Shown one piece after another: positions 22,714 to 29,675 of a stretch of DNA of 50,317 nt. A model generated the notes under the pieces. That model saw nothing but the letters and a program-made list of their open reading frames with translations, was not told where the DNA came from and ran no database searches. The stretch comes from an uncultured Candidatus Saccharibacteria bacterium. Lineage in GTDB: Bacteria; Patescibacteriota; Minisyncoccia; 2-02-FULL-40-12. The stretch lies in assembly GCA_964368135.1 (NCBI GenBank), contig CAYIZI010000003.1, positions 1-50,317 of the forward strand, given 5' to 3'. The stretch's first letter is position 1, and each line of letters starts with the position of its first letter. The position numbers were made by a program, and so were the translations under genes.

Positions 22714-24572
22714 TGTTTAAAAAAGTTACTTACATTTATCCTATCTTATTTCTTGTCTCTCTTTTTATTTATTTCATTCCTCAGGCCAGTGCTACCCAGC
22801 ATATTGCTCAATGCGGTTCAGATGTCGGCTGTTCCAGTGACCCCGAATGTATCGGTTGCTGTGATATCGTCCCTGTAATAACTTTTTGTCCTTCGGAAGA
22901 CTATAGAGTTGTTTGCGACCTTGATTCTGATATTACCTGCTTTGGCAGAAATAACACCCAATGGACCTGTCCACGAACTCAAAGCCATTGCGAACTTATC
23001 TATTCCGAAGGCTACTACCAGGCCGACTACTATTCCCAGGGCATTTATTACTCCCAGGGCTATTATCAGAGCTATTACCAAGGTTATTATCAGGGTTACT
23101 ATCAAGGTAGCTATGCTCAACCTGCTATTGGTAATGCAGATGTTATCAACTGCAGTACTATCGAGGGCTGGGCTTTTGACCCAGATTCATCAGCCACTTC
23201 AATTGATGTTCATGTTTATAAAGATGCCCCAGCTGGTTTAGGTGGAACTTTTGTAACAGCTCAATCTGCCAATCAACCTCGGCCTGATGTTAATGCCGCT
23301 TATGGCATTACCGGCAATCATGGTTTTTATTTCTTAACCCCCCTCTCATTAAAGGACGGAATAAATCATAGTATCTGGATTCATGCAATAGATGTCAGTG
23401 GTGGTCCGAATAATTCAATTAGTGGTGATGGTGTAGTTATTAATTGTATTGTCTACTCCCAAGGCTACTATCAGGGCTACTACCAAGGCTACTATCAGGG
23501 CTACTACCAGGGTTATTATCAAGGCTATTACCAGGGTTATTACCAAGGCTATTATGAAGGCTACTATCAGGGTTATTACGAGGGTTTTTACGAAGGCGGC
23601 TACTACTCTGAAGGTTCTTATTATTCCCAATCCTACTACCAAGGCTATTATCAGGGCTATTATGAAGGCTACTATCAAGGCTACTATCAAGGCTACTATC
23701 AAGGCTACTATGAAGGCTTTTATGAAGGCGGTTACTACTCTGAAGGTTCTTATTATTCCCAAGGCTACTACCAAGGCTACTACCAGGGTTATTACCAGGG
23801 CTACTACGAAGGTTTTTATGAAGGTGCCTACTATTCTGAAGCTTCATATTATTCCCAGTCCTACTACCAGGGCTATTACCAGGGTTATTATGAGGGTGCT
23901 TATGAAGGGGCCTACTATTCTGAAGGCGCCTACTACTCCGAAGGTTCTTATGCTTCTCCGCCTTCTGTTTCTAATGTTACCGTAACCGAACCTAATTACT
24001 GCCTCTCTGGTCCGGCCGCCACGGTGAACTGGGATTATTCTCCTGCTGGCGACCCCCAGTCAGCTTATCAGGTTATGATAGATCTACAGGGTTCTTCTTT
24101 TGCTCCGCCTTTATATGACAGCGGAAAAGTAATTTGTGAAAACTGCCGTTCCAACTCCACTCCCCAAGGCATTCTTCAATTCAACACCACCTACAAAGCC
24201 AGAGTCAGGGCTTGGAATCAACTTGATCTTGCTTCTGGTTGGACTGAATCAGCTACCTGGAAGACTCCTAATTTTGCTTACCCTCAAGTTAATTTCACTT
24301 GGGCCCCTCAATTTCCAGGCGCTGGTCAGCTGGTCCAGTTTACTGACCAGACCCAGTTCTTTGATGCCGGCGGCGGCCACACCTGGTCCTGGCTGTTTGG
24401 CGATAGCGGTTCTTCAATTCTCCAGAATCCAACCCATGCTTATAGCACTAACGGCACCTACAATGTCACCTTAACCGCTACCGATAATCAGAATCAGTCC
24501 TGCTCTTTGACCAGGCCGCTTGATATCCAGAAACCAAGCCCGAAATGGAAAGAGGTGAATCCGGGAGGGTAA
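22713..24572 (+). CDS. secreted surface protein: Cys-rich N-domain, (G/S)YYQ low-complexity arrays, beta-sandwich, FN3-like and PKD domains
   Basis: Signal peptide present. Two Tyr/Gln/Gly arrays. The C-terminal segment FTWAPQFPGAGQLVQFTDQT ... HAYSTNGTYNVTLTATD is PKD-like. Confidence 0.8.
   Translation: MFKKVTYIYPILFLVSLFIYFIPQASATQHIAQCGSDVGCSSDPECIGCCDIVPVITFCPSEDYRVVCDLDSDITCFGRNNTQWTCPRTQSHCELIYSEGYYQADYYSQGIYYSQGYYQSYYQGYYQGYYQGSYAQPAIGNADVINCSTIEGWAFDPDSSATSIDVHVYKDAPAGLGGTFVTAQSANQPRPDVNAAYGITGNHGFYFLTPLSLKDGINHSIWIHAIDVSGGPNNSISGDGVVINCIVYSQGYYQGYYQGYYQGYYQGYYQGYYQGYYQGYYEGYYQGYYEGFYEGGYYSEGSYYSQSYYQGYYQGYYEGYYQGYYQGYYQGYYEGFYEGGYYSEGSYYSQGYYQGYYQGYYQGYYEGFYEGAYYSEASYYSQSYYQGYYQGYYEGAYEGAYYSEGAYYSEGSYASPPSVSNVTVTEPNYCLSGPAATVNWDYSPAGDPQSAYQVMIDLQGSSFAPPLYDSGKVICENCRSNSTPQGILQFNTTYKARVRAWNQLDLASGWTESATWKTPNFAYPQVNFTWAPQFPGAGQLVQFTDQTQFFDAGGGHTWSWLFGDSGSSILQNPTHAYSTNGTYNVTLTATDNQNQSCSLTRPLDIQKPSPKWKEVNPGG
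23007..23114 (+). repeat. first YYQ array (36 aa)
   Basis: EGYYQADYYSQGIYYSQGYYQSYYQGYYQGYYQGSY. The DNA has 12-nt periodicity. Confidence 0.9.
23454..23951 (+). repeat. second YYQ/YYE array (166 aa) with about 3.5 super-repeats
   Basis: 12-nt GGCTACTA(C/T)CA(A/G) units are nested in larger units. Each larger unit ends in EGFYEG(G/A)YYSE(G/A)SYYSQ. The array generates three spurious shadow ORFs in the track. Confidence 0.9.
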
Positions 24573-24673
24573 GAGTGCTATGAATAGCACTCTTACGGGC
24601 ATTTTAGGCGAGCGTACCGGCGAGCCGTAAAAATGCCCTGGGTCGCGCCAAGAAAGCGCGACGTGGCGAAGCC
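24531..24673 (+). repeat. conserved 40-nt block + hairpin element, copy 2, carrying a 73-nt double-hairpin insertion
   Basis: Block at 24531..24570. The insertion at 24571..24643 holds hairpins GTAAGAGTGCTA-TGAA-TAGCACTCTTAC and GGGCATTTT...AAAATGCCC. It is followed by GTCGCGC-CAAGAAA-GCGCGAC and GTGGCGAAGCC. Confidence 0.65.
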
Positions 24674-24706
24674 CTCGTAGATTCAAGATTTAGTTATGAC
24701 TTAGAG

Positions 24707-24740
24707 AAATTAAAATTGCCGTTAACGGCAATTTTAATTT
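24707..24740. terminator. perfect 34-nt palindrome abutting the tRNA-Ser 3' end
   Basis: AAATTAAAATTGCCGTT/AACGGCAATTTTAATTT, giving 17-bp arms with no spacer. Confidence 0.6.
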
Positions 24741-24741
24741 A

Positions 24742-24827
24742 TGGCGGTGGGCAGAGGACTCGAACCTCTAAGGGCTTGCGCCCACGAGTTTTCAAGACTC
24801 GCGCCTTGCCAATTCGGCCAGCCCACC
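24742..24827 (-). tRNA. tRNA-Ser (anticodon TGA), CCA encoded
   Basis: Acceptor GGTGGGC/GCCCACC. Anticodon stem CGAGT/ACTCG with loop CTTGAAA. A long variable arm. T arm AGAGG-TTCGAGT-CCTCT. 3' GCCA. Confidence 0.9.
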
Positions 24828-24921
24828 AGACTGAAAATTCTACCAATTTTTTCAACAATTTGCAATTATTTTTTATCCGTGTTATTCTTAAATTCCTGTT
24901 TAATTTTGCGACTCCAGTTTG

Positions 24922-25002
24922 TGGATGCGCGGGTCGGAACAGGTTAATACAAAAATAAATATGGATAGTGTGCTCGATGATAATCAGTCAGCCGCGCATC
25001 CA
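24922..25002 (+). promoter_or_regulatory. long-range 11-bp stem in the 5' leader of the RRM-protein gene
   Basis: TGGATGCGCGG (24922..24932) pairs perfectly with CCGCGCATCCA (24992..25002). The stem closes 15 nt before the TTG start. Confidence 0.4.
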
Positions 25003-25016
25003 GTTTATTCAGTAAG

Positions 25017-25355
25017 TTGGCTAAGAAACTTTATGTAGGAGGTCTTCCTTATGAGACTACCGATGATGAGCTGAAAGAGCTTTTCTCCGGAGCCGGTCAA
25101 GTTGAGTCAGCTAAAGTCATCACCGACCGATACTCTGGCCGAAGCCGGGGTTTCGGATTCGTGGAGATGACTAATGATGATGAAGCTGACAAAGCGATTG
25201 AGTCAATGAACGGCAAACAGGTTGGAGAAAGGACCATTACCGTCAACGAAGCTAAACCGATGGGCGAGAAGAGAGAAGGAGGCTTTGGCGGCCGCCGAGG
25301 CGGCCGGGGCGGATTTGGCGGCAGAGACAGAGGAGGTTTTGGAAGACAGTACTAA
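25017..25355 (+). CDS. RRM-type RNA-binding protein with Gly/Arg-rich tail
   Basis: RNP2 LYVGGL and RNP1 RGFGFVEM. C-terminal GGRRGGRGGFGGRDRGGFG. TTG start. Confidence 0.85.
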   Translation: MAKKLYVGGLPYETTDDELKELFSGAGQVESAKVITDRYSGRSRGFGFVEMTNDDEADKAIESMNGKQVGERTITVNEAKPMGEKREGGFGGRRGGRGGFGGRDRGGFGRQY

Positions 25356-25356
25356 A

Positions 25357-25393
25357 TTAGTTAATTAGTGATTAGTTAATTAGTCATTAGTTG
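25357..25393 (+). repeat. TTAGTNA(A) tandem repeat (15-nt unit x2.5)
   Basis: TTAGTTAATTAGTGA TTAGTTAATTAGTCA TTAGTTG, starting directly after the stop codon. Confidence 0.75.
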
Positions 25394-25404
25394 CTAAAAG
25401 AAAC

Positions 25405-25440
25405 AAAAACAGCCCATTCGATAAACTCAGGGCTGTTTTT
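25405..25440. terminator. bidirectional terminator between convergent genes
   Basis: AAAAACAGCCC-(14 nt)-GGGCTGTTTTT. Confidence 0.65.
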
Positions 25441-25446
25441 GATTTT

Positions 25447-26868
25447 TTAAGGAAAAACTATTTTCACTCGAGTGATAAGGCCGCTACTTCCATTATCGCC
25501 AAAGGGAGCAAGCCAGGCAGCGTTATTGCCACTGTCATAAGCGGCGCCGGTGGACTGAGACACACCCTTGCTCGGATACATCATCCACGAGGACGCCTGA
25601 TTGAAAGGCTGGCGGCTGTCCCAGACGATGAACGGCGGAACGTTCCTGGAACTATTTATCTGGGGTACGAAATGGACGAAGCCGTCTTTATCGGCCCAGC
25701 CGAGCTGATAACCCTCTGCCGCCGGATCCTTCTCGTTGGCGTCGAAGAACTTCCAGGCATTTTTATCGGACAATGATTTGGTGGTGTCGAAGGCGGCAGC
25801 CACGCTCATTATGGTAGCGGTTCCTTTCTTTGAAAGATCTCTCCAGGGAACGAGTACAAGCGTGTTGCCGACTACTATTCCTCCTGTCGGACCTTTGACT
25901 TTGTTGTTCAAAGTGGCAATGTCAAAGGTCTCGTAAGAAGATGGAGAATTGAATAACTTGGTGACATTATAACGGACAATCAAGCTTTCTCCTACGCCAA
26001 AAGGAATAAGATAGACATAAGGATATTTGGTGGCCATGGATTGAAATGCATGGGCCCTTGAATTGACGTTTTTTTCAATGTCATACCAACTCCAAGCCGA
26101 TTGATTATTAAAGGCTAAGCTGGTGTTATATCTTAAAAAGATGCCATGCAGAATTCTGGTGCCTCCTTCTTGGAGAATCGGGCTATAATAGACATAACCT
26201 GATTGGTAGATGCAGGGCGCCCAGCCGGTTCTGGGTAGGCCTAATACTGATACGTCAAAGGTCTCATAGGCAGAACGGTCGGTAACTGACTTGGCACCTT
26301 TATAACGGATCATTAAGGTATTGGGTTGGATACCACTGCCTACATCTTTTCTAAATGCCGGCAGATAAAACCAGCCACTTTGATCTAAGCAGCCGGCACC
26401 AAAACCTTCGGCCGCCGGTCCAATTAACTGGGTCAGGTCAGAAGCTTCATAACTGGCTTTATCAAGAAAATTCTTGTCGGCTTTGTATGATAAAATTACA
26501 CCTCTTGGATTTGTACCCACGCCGCCCCAGGGATAAAAAACGACCTTTCTGCTTATTGGGTCATAGTCGGCCAATTGAAATCCTCTGGCTTCGGGATGAA
26601 CGGTAGTAGCATCAAAAAAGTCAATGGTCTGAGTGGGAAATTTCTGTGATGTTGGAGGAGGGGTTGGGGCGGGACTAGTGCCGTCTGACGGCGGTAGCGG
26701 ACTTTGATTGGGAAGTTTGGAAAGTATCCGTTCCCAAAAACTTTTACGTATTCCTTCTTGCCGGTCTTGTCTGCGATTAATCGCCCGGCCAATAATCAGA
26801 ATAAATAGCAATATTACTACTATAGCTAATATAGTTTGAGCGGTTGTTATGCCTTTTTGTCTTAACAT
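25447..26868 (-). CDS. membrane-anchored repeat protein (beta-propeller-like), unknown function
   Basis: N-terminal TM helix and a Pro-rich linker. About seven repeats of 50-60 aa, marked by recurring (Y/F)(E/x)xFD motifs: YETFDVSVLG, YETFDIATLN, WKFFDANEKD, IDFFDATT, WSWYDIEKN. Confidence 0.55.
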   Translation of the reverse strand: MLRQKGITTAQTILAIVVILLFILIIGRAINRRQDRQEGIRKSFWERILSKLPNQSPLPPSDGTSPAPTPPPTSQKFPTQTIDFFDATTVHPEARGFQLADYDPISRKVVFYPWGGVGTNPRGVILSYKADKNFLDKASYEASDLTQLIGPAAEGFGAGCLDQSGWFYLPAFRKDVGSGIQPNTLMIRYKGAKSVTDRSAYETFDVSVLGLPRTGWAPCIYQSGYVYYSPILQEGGTRILHGIFLRYNTSLAFNNQSAWSWYDIEKNVNSRAHAFQSMATKYPYVYLIPFGVGESLIVRYNVTKLFNSPSSYETFDIATLNNKVKGPTGGIVVGNTLVLVPWRDLSKKGTATIMSVAAAFDTTKSLSDKNAWKFFDANEKDPAAEGYQLGWADKDGFVHFVPQINSSRNVPPFIVWDSRQPFNQASSWMMYPSKGVSQSTGAAYDSGNNAAWLAPFGDNGSSGLITRVKIVFP

Positions 26869-26910
26869 AAAGATTGGTTTAAATATAATAAATTTTTAAG
26901 AAGAGTGCAA

Positions 26911-26942
26911 ATATAAATCAGCGTTTTGACGCTGATTTATAT
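26911..26942 (-). terminator. hairpin after the FG-GAP gene
   Basis: ATATAAATCAGCGT-TTTG-ACGCTGATTTATAT. The 14-bp stem is perfect. Confidence 0.55.
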
Positions 26943-27026
26943 TAATATAGGGCACAATTTCACCCCCTGCAAATGCATCTAACCACCGGCAGTACGAGCA
27001 TCTCCGTACCATTACCTAAACAGTGT

Positions 27027-28415
27027 TTATTTTACGAAAGCCCTCCCCGCATTAACATTTCCGCCTACATCTGCGTACGGACTGCCTGCCACCAAACTTC
27101 CTTGGCCGTAGTCAACGGAAAATCCAAATTGATCGTCAGCAACAGGATTATCAGGTTCAATGAGTGTCGGGGTATTCCATCCGCCGTTCCAAACCATTTC
27201 ATATACCGCTCCCGAATCTTGCGTTGAAGGGGAGTTATCGTATCGGGCCGCACCGATATACACCTTATCTCCCGTATCACTTATGGCTACATTTTTCCCA
27301 TGACGACATTCGTGGAGTTGCCACCATGGCCCGCAATTGCTTTCTGGAAAAACCTCTTTGTACGTTTGACTCCAAGTGTTGCCGGACCGTTCAACAATAT
27401 ATGCTTCATCCGTAAATGGCGCTTCTACAACAACGGTGGAACCCGTAAAATCTGAAGCGATGTGTCTCCCAAAAACTTTATTTGAACCAATATCGGCAGG
27501 AGCATTCCAGAACTTGCCGCGATTAACCCAACTACTCGTACTGTCATCCCATTCAAAAACATAGACAGATCCAGCATTGAGTTTGTCGCCCTGTCCAGGA
27601 TTATACACGCAGTTCCCATTCACATCGTAATCATCATGCATCGCCCCCACAAAAATAACTCGGCCATCCGGCGAAATAGTAGGTTCTGCACCGAACCACA
27701 AAGGCACGCCCTCCGAACTCAAATCAGGACATTCATAACGATCAAATGGCTCGAGGGTTGCTGTTTTCTGCCACGATCCCCCAATTTTCTCAAATACGTA
27801 AACTATGCCGCGATCGCAAAGATTCCCGTTGGGGTCAGGATAAGGACATGGGGGATCGCTATCAAGGTAATTGTACGCTCCAACAACAATTCGGTTCCCC
27901 ATTCGATCGATATCCACGGCGCCAAAATAAGATGATTCGTGCAGTTCGGCCGGCGCGTATAATTTTGCCTGAGTCCAAAATACTGCGCTCCTTTCAAAGA
28001 CATACGCCCTACCAACATCTAGCTTGCCTGTCTCATCCCATTTGGGCGCTCCAACGACGAATATGTCAGAGTTATCCTGCGCTGCGGCTACAAACTTTCC
28101 GAACTCATCATCCGGCTGAACGCTCTCACCGGGGACTACACTGGATGTTTGACTGCTCCAACTTGCTCCAGTTCTTTCTGTCAAGAAAACTCTATTGCTC
28201 GTTGGGTTAGTATTGAACTTGCCAACTACAACGAGTCCCTTCTTGTTCGGATTGATCTGGCTTTGTACATCTGCGATAGATATTGCATATCCATACCGTT
28301 CGCCGGCGTTTGGAGTGGTAAATGGTAGAAGCTCAGTCCAAACTACCGCTCGAACAAGAGTGATGGCAAAAAATGACCCGAACAATAACATGAGTATTTT
28401 GGCACTAGAGTTCAT
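27027..28415 (-). CDS. secreted FG-GAP (integrin-alpha-like) repeat beta-propeller protein
   Basis: Signal peptide present. Recurrent FG...D...GD...D(L/I)xVGAP...GxxYVF units, for example DDEFGKFVAAAQDNSDIFVVGAP and DDQFGFSVDYGQGSLVAGSPYADVGGNVNAGRAFV. Confidence 0.75.
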   Translation of the reverse strand: MNSSAKILMLLFGSFFAITLVRAVVWTELLPFTTPNAGERYGYAISIADVQSQINPNKKGLVVVGKFNTNPTSNRVFLTERTGASWSSQTSSVVPGESVQPDDEFGKFVAAAQDNSDIFVVGAPKWDETGKLDVGRAYVFERSAVFWTQAKLYAPAELHESSYFGAVDIDRMGNRIVVGAYNYLDSDPPCPYPDPNGNLCDRGIVYVFEKIGGSWQKTATLEPFDRYECPDLSSEGVPLWFGAEPTISPDGRVIFVGAMHDDYDVNGNCVYNPGQGDKLNAGSVYVFEWDDSTSSWVNRGKFWNAPADIGSNKVFGRHIASDFTGSTVVVEAPFTDEAYIVERSGNTWSQTYKEVFPESNCGPWWQLHECRHGKNVAISDTGDKVYIGAARYDNSPSTQDSGAVYEMVWNGGWNTPTLIEPDNPVADDQFGFSVDYGQGSLVAGSPYADVGGNVNAGRAFVK

Positions 28416-28504
28416 GTTTTAAGATTTTTGTCGATTCAACAAAAGTCTGATTTATATATTTTATCACAGAAATTAAGAGATCAATACTGTGAGGCTGTGG
28501 ATAA

Positions 28505-28654
28505 TTTCGCGGTCTGTTCCTATTTATCTGGGCATTAGCAGATATTTTAGGAGCCAAAAAGGATGCTATTTGGAAAACTCTTTGGATTATCCTCTGTTTG
28601 ATTCTTCCGATTCTTGGGGTGATTCTTTATGTTCTTTTAGGAAAAGAGAAGTAA
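28505..28654 (+). pseudogene. PLDc_N-type small membrane protein lacking a canonical start
   Basis: Hand translation: FRGLFLFIWALADILGAKKDAIWKTLWIILCLILPILGVILYVLLGKEK*. The frame is closed by the TAA at 28502..28504, which is the 3' end of a perfect TGTGGATAA box. No in-frame ATG, GTG or TTG is present. Confidence 0.4.
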
Positions 28655-28668
28655 AGTTTTAATAAAGA

Positions 28669-28753
28669 CGGCGGGTGTGAGACTCGAACTCACAAGACCC
28701 CTTTCGAGGTCGCAGGTTAGCAACCTGCTGCCATACCTTTAGGCGAACCCGCC
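28669..28753 (-). tRNA. tRNA-Ser (anticodon GCT)
   Basis: Acceptor GGCGGGT/ACCCGCC. Anticodon stem GCAGG/CCTGC with loop TTGCTAA. A long variable arm. T arm GTGAG-TTCGAGT-CTCAC. Confidence 0.9.
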
Positions 28754-28793
28754 CCGATAATTTGAAAAATTCACCATCATCTTATCACTTTCT

Positions 28794-29567
28794 TCACCCC
28801 CTCGCAATCGCTAAACCGATTACCTCTTTTGCCCCAGCTTCTTTTAAAACCCTGGCGCATTCATTCATTGTCGTGCCGGTAGTGTAGACATCATCAACTA
28901 ATAAAATTTTTCTGCCGGAGATTGATTCTGAACCTGAACATTTAAATGCTCCGTCTAAATTTTTAAGCCGTTCGTCTTTTTTTAATTCAACTTGATCTCT
29001 GGTTGATTTTTCTTTAATCAGGTAATTCTTTGCTAATCCGATATTTAAATATTTTGAAATTTTTTGGGCAACCAGCTCTGATTGATTATAGCCCCGCCAG
29101 TTATATTTTCTTTTATGAAGCGGGACAGGAATAATCAGATAGTCATTAAAGCTGAACTCGCCCCCTATTTTGTTGAGATAGTTTATCATTAACTTTCCAA
29201 TTGGTTCGGTCAGCTCTTTAATGAAGCTGTATTTAAAAGCTTTTACTATTTTTTGGATCGCCGGCTCCCGGTAGGAAAAAGGATAAATAAGTTTATCTAT
29301 TTTAAAGCTCCCATTTTCACCGGCAATAGTCTTACAGGAATAGCACATACCCGCATCAACTGATTTTGCTTCGCAAAGCAGGCAGTAAAAATTCAGAGAA
29401 GGAGTTAAATTTTTAAGGCAATCAGAACAGATTAGTTTGTTTTTCCGCGCCCGCCGTAGCTTTGACGAAGGAGGGTTTTCGGTTTCCCTTTCGCAGACAA
29501 CGCATCTAATCGGAAAGAGAAGCTGCAGGAACCCATCTTTTACTGATGTTAATAACTTAAATGCCAT
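28794..29567 (-). CDS. comF: ComF-family phosphoribosyltransferase-domain protein
   Basis: N-terminal CxxC...CxxC zinc finger. PRPP-binding motif ILLVDDVYTTGTTM. The likely start is MAFKLL at 29567; the track ORF begins at 29618. Confidence 0.8.
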   Translation of the reverse strand: MAFKLLTSVKDGFLQLLFPIRCVVCERETENPPSSKLRRARKNKLICSDCLKNLTPSLNFYCLLCEAKSVDAGMCYSCKTIAGENGSFKIDKLIYPFSYREPAIQKIVKAFKYSFIKELTEPIGKLMINYLNKIGGEFSFNDYLIIPVPLHKRKYNWRGYNQSELVAQKISKYLNIGLAKNYLIKEKSTRDQVELKKDERLKNLDGAFKCSGSESISGRKILLVDDVYTTGTTMNECARVLKEAGAKEVIGLAIARG

Positions 29568-29675
29568 AGTGGTTATTTTGAAGTATAATAAGTCCAGTCG
29601 CTCACAGGAGCAAATCAATTTCCACGCCTTCTGAAGGAAGCTAAATTGATTTTATCTGTAAGCGACCGGACTATC

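Noticed and set aside
23415-23985. Three long track ORFs (23415..23774 -, 23440..23847 -, 23449..23985 +) overlap the YYQ array.
   Set aside because: They are low-complexity shadows of the 12-nt periodic repeat in other frames (poly-I/A/L/V or S/L/N strings). The frame of 22713..24572 is the only one continuous with recognisable flanking domains.
13333-24673. I considered whether the two copies of the 40-nt block are a diversity-generating retroelement TR/VR pair, since one copy lies at the 3' end of a surface protein gene.
   Set aside because: No reverse transcriptase is in the window. The shared block is only 40 nt. The single mismatch is C/G, not adenine-specific. The target domain is PKD-like rather than a C-type lectin fold.
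22990-25393. I checked the tandem repeats (the YYQ arrays and the TTAGT repeat) as possible CRISPR arrays.
   Set aside because: The units are 12-15 nt with no unique spacers. The first set is in-frame coding sequence. No cas genes are present.
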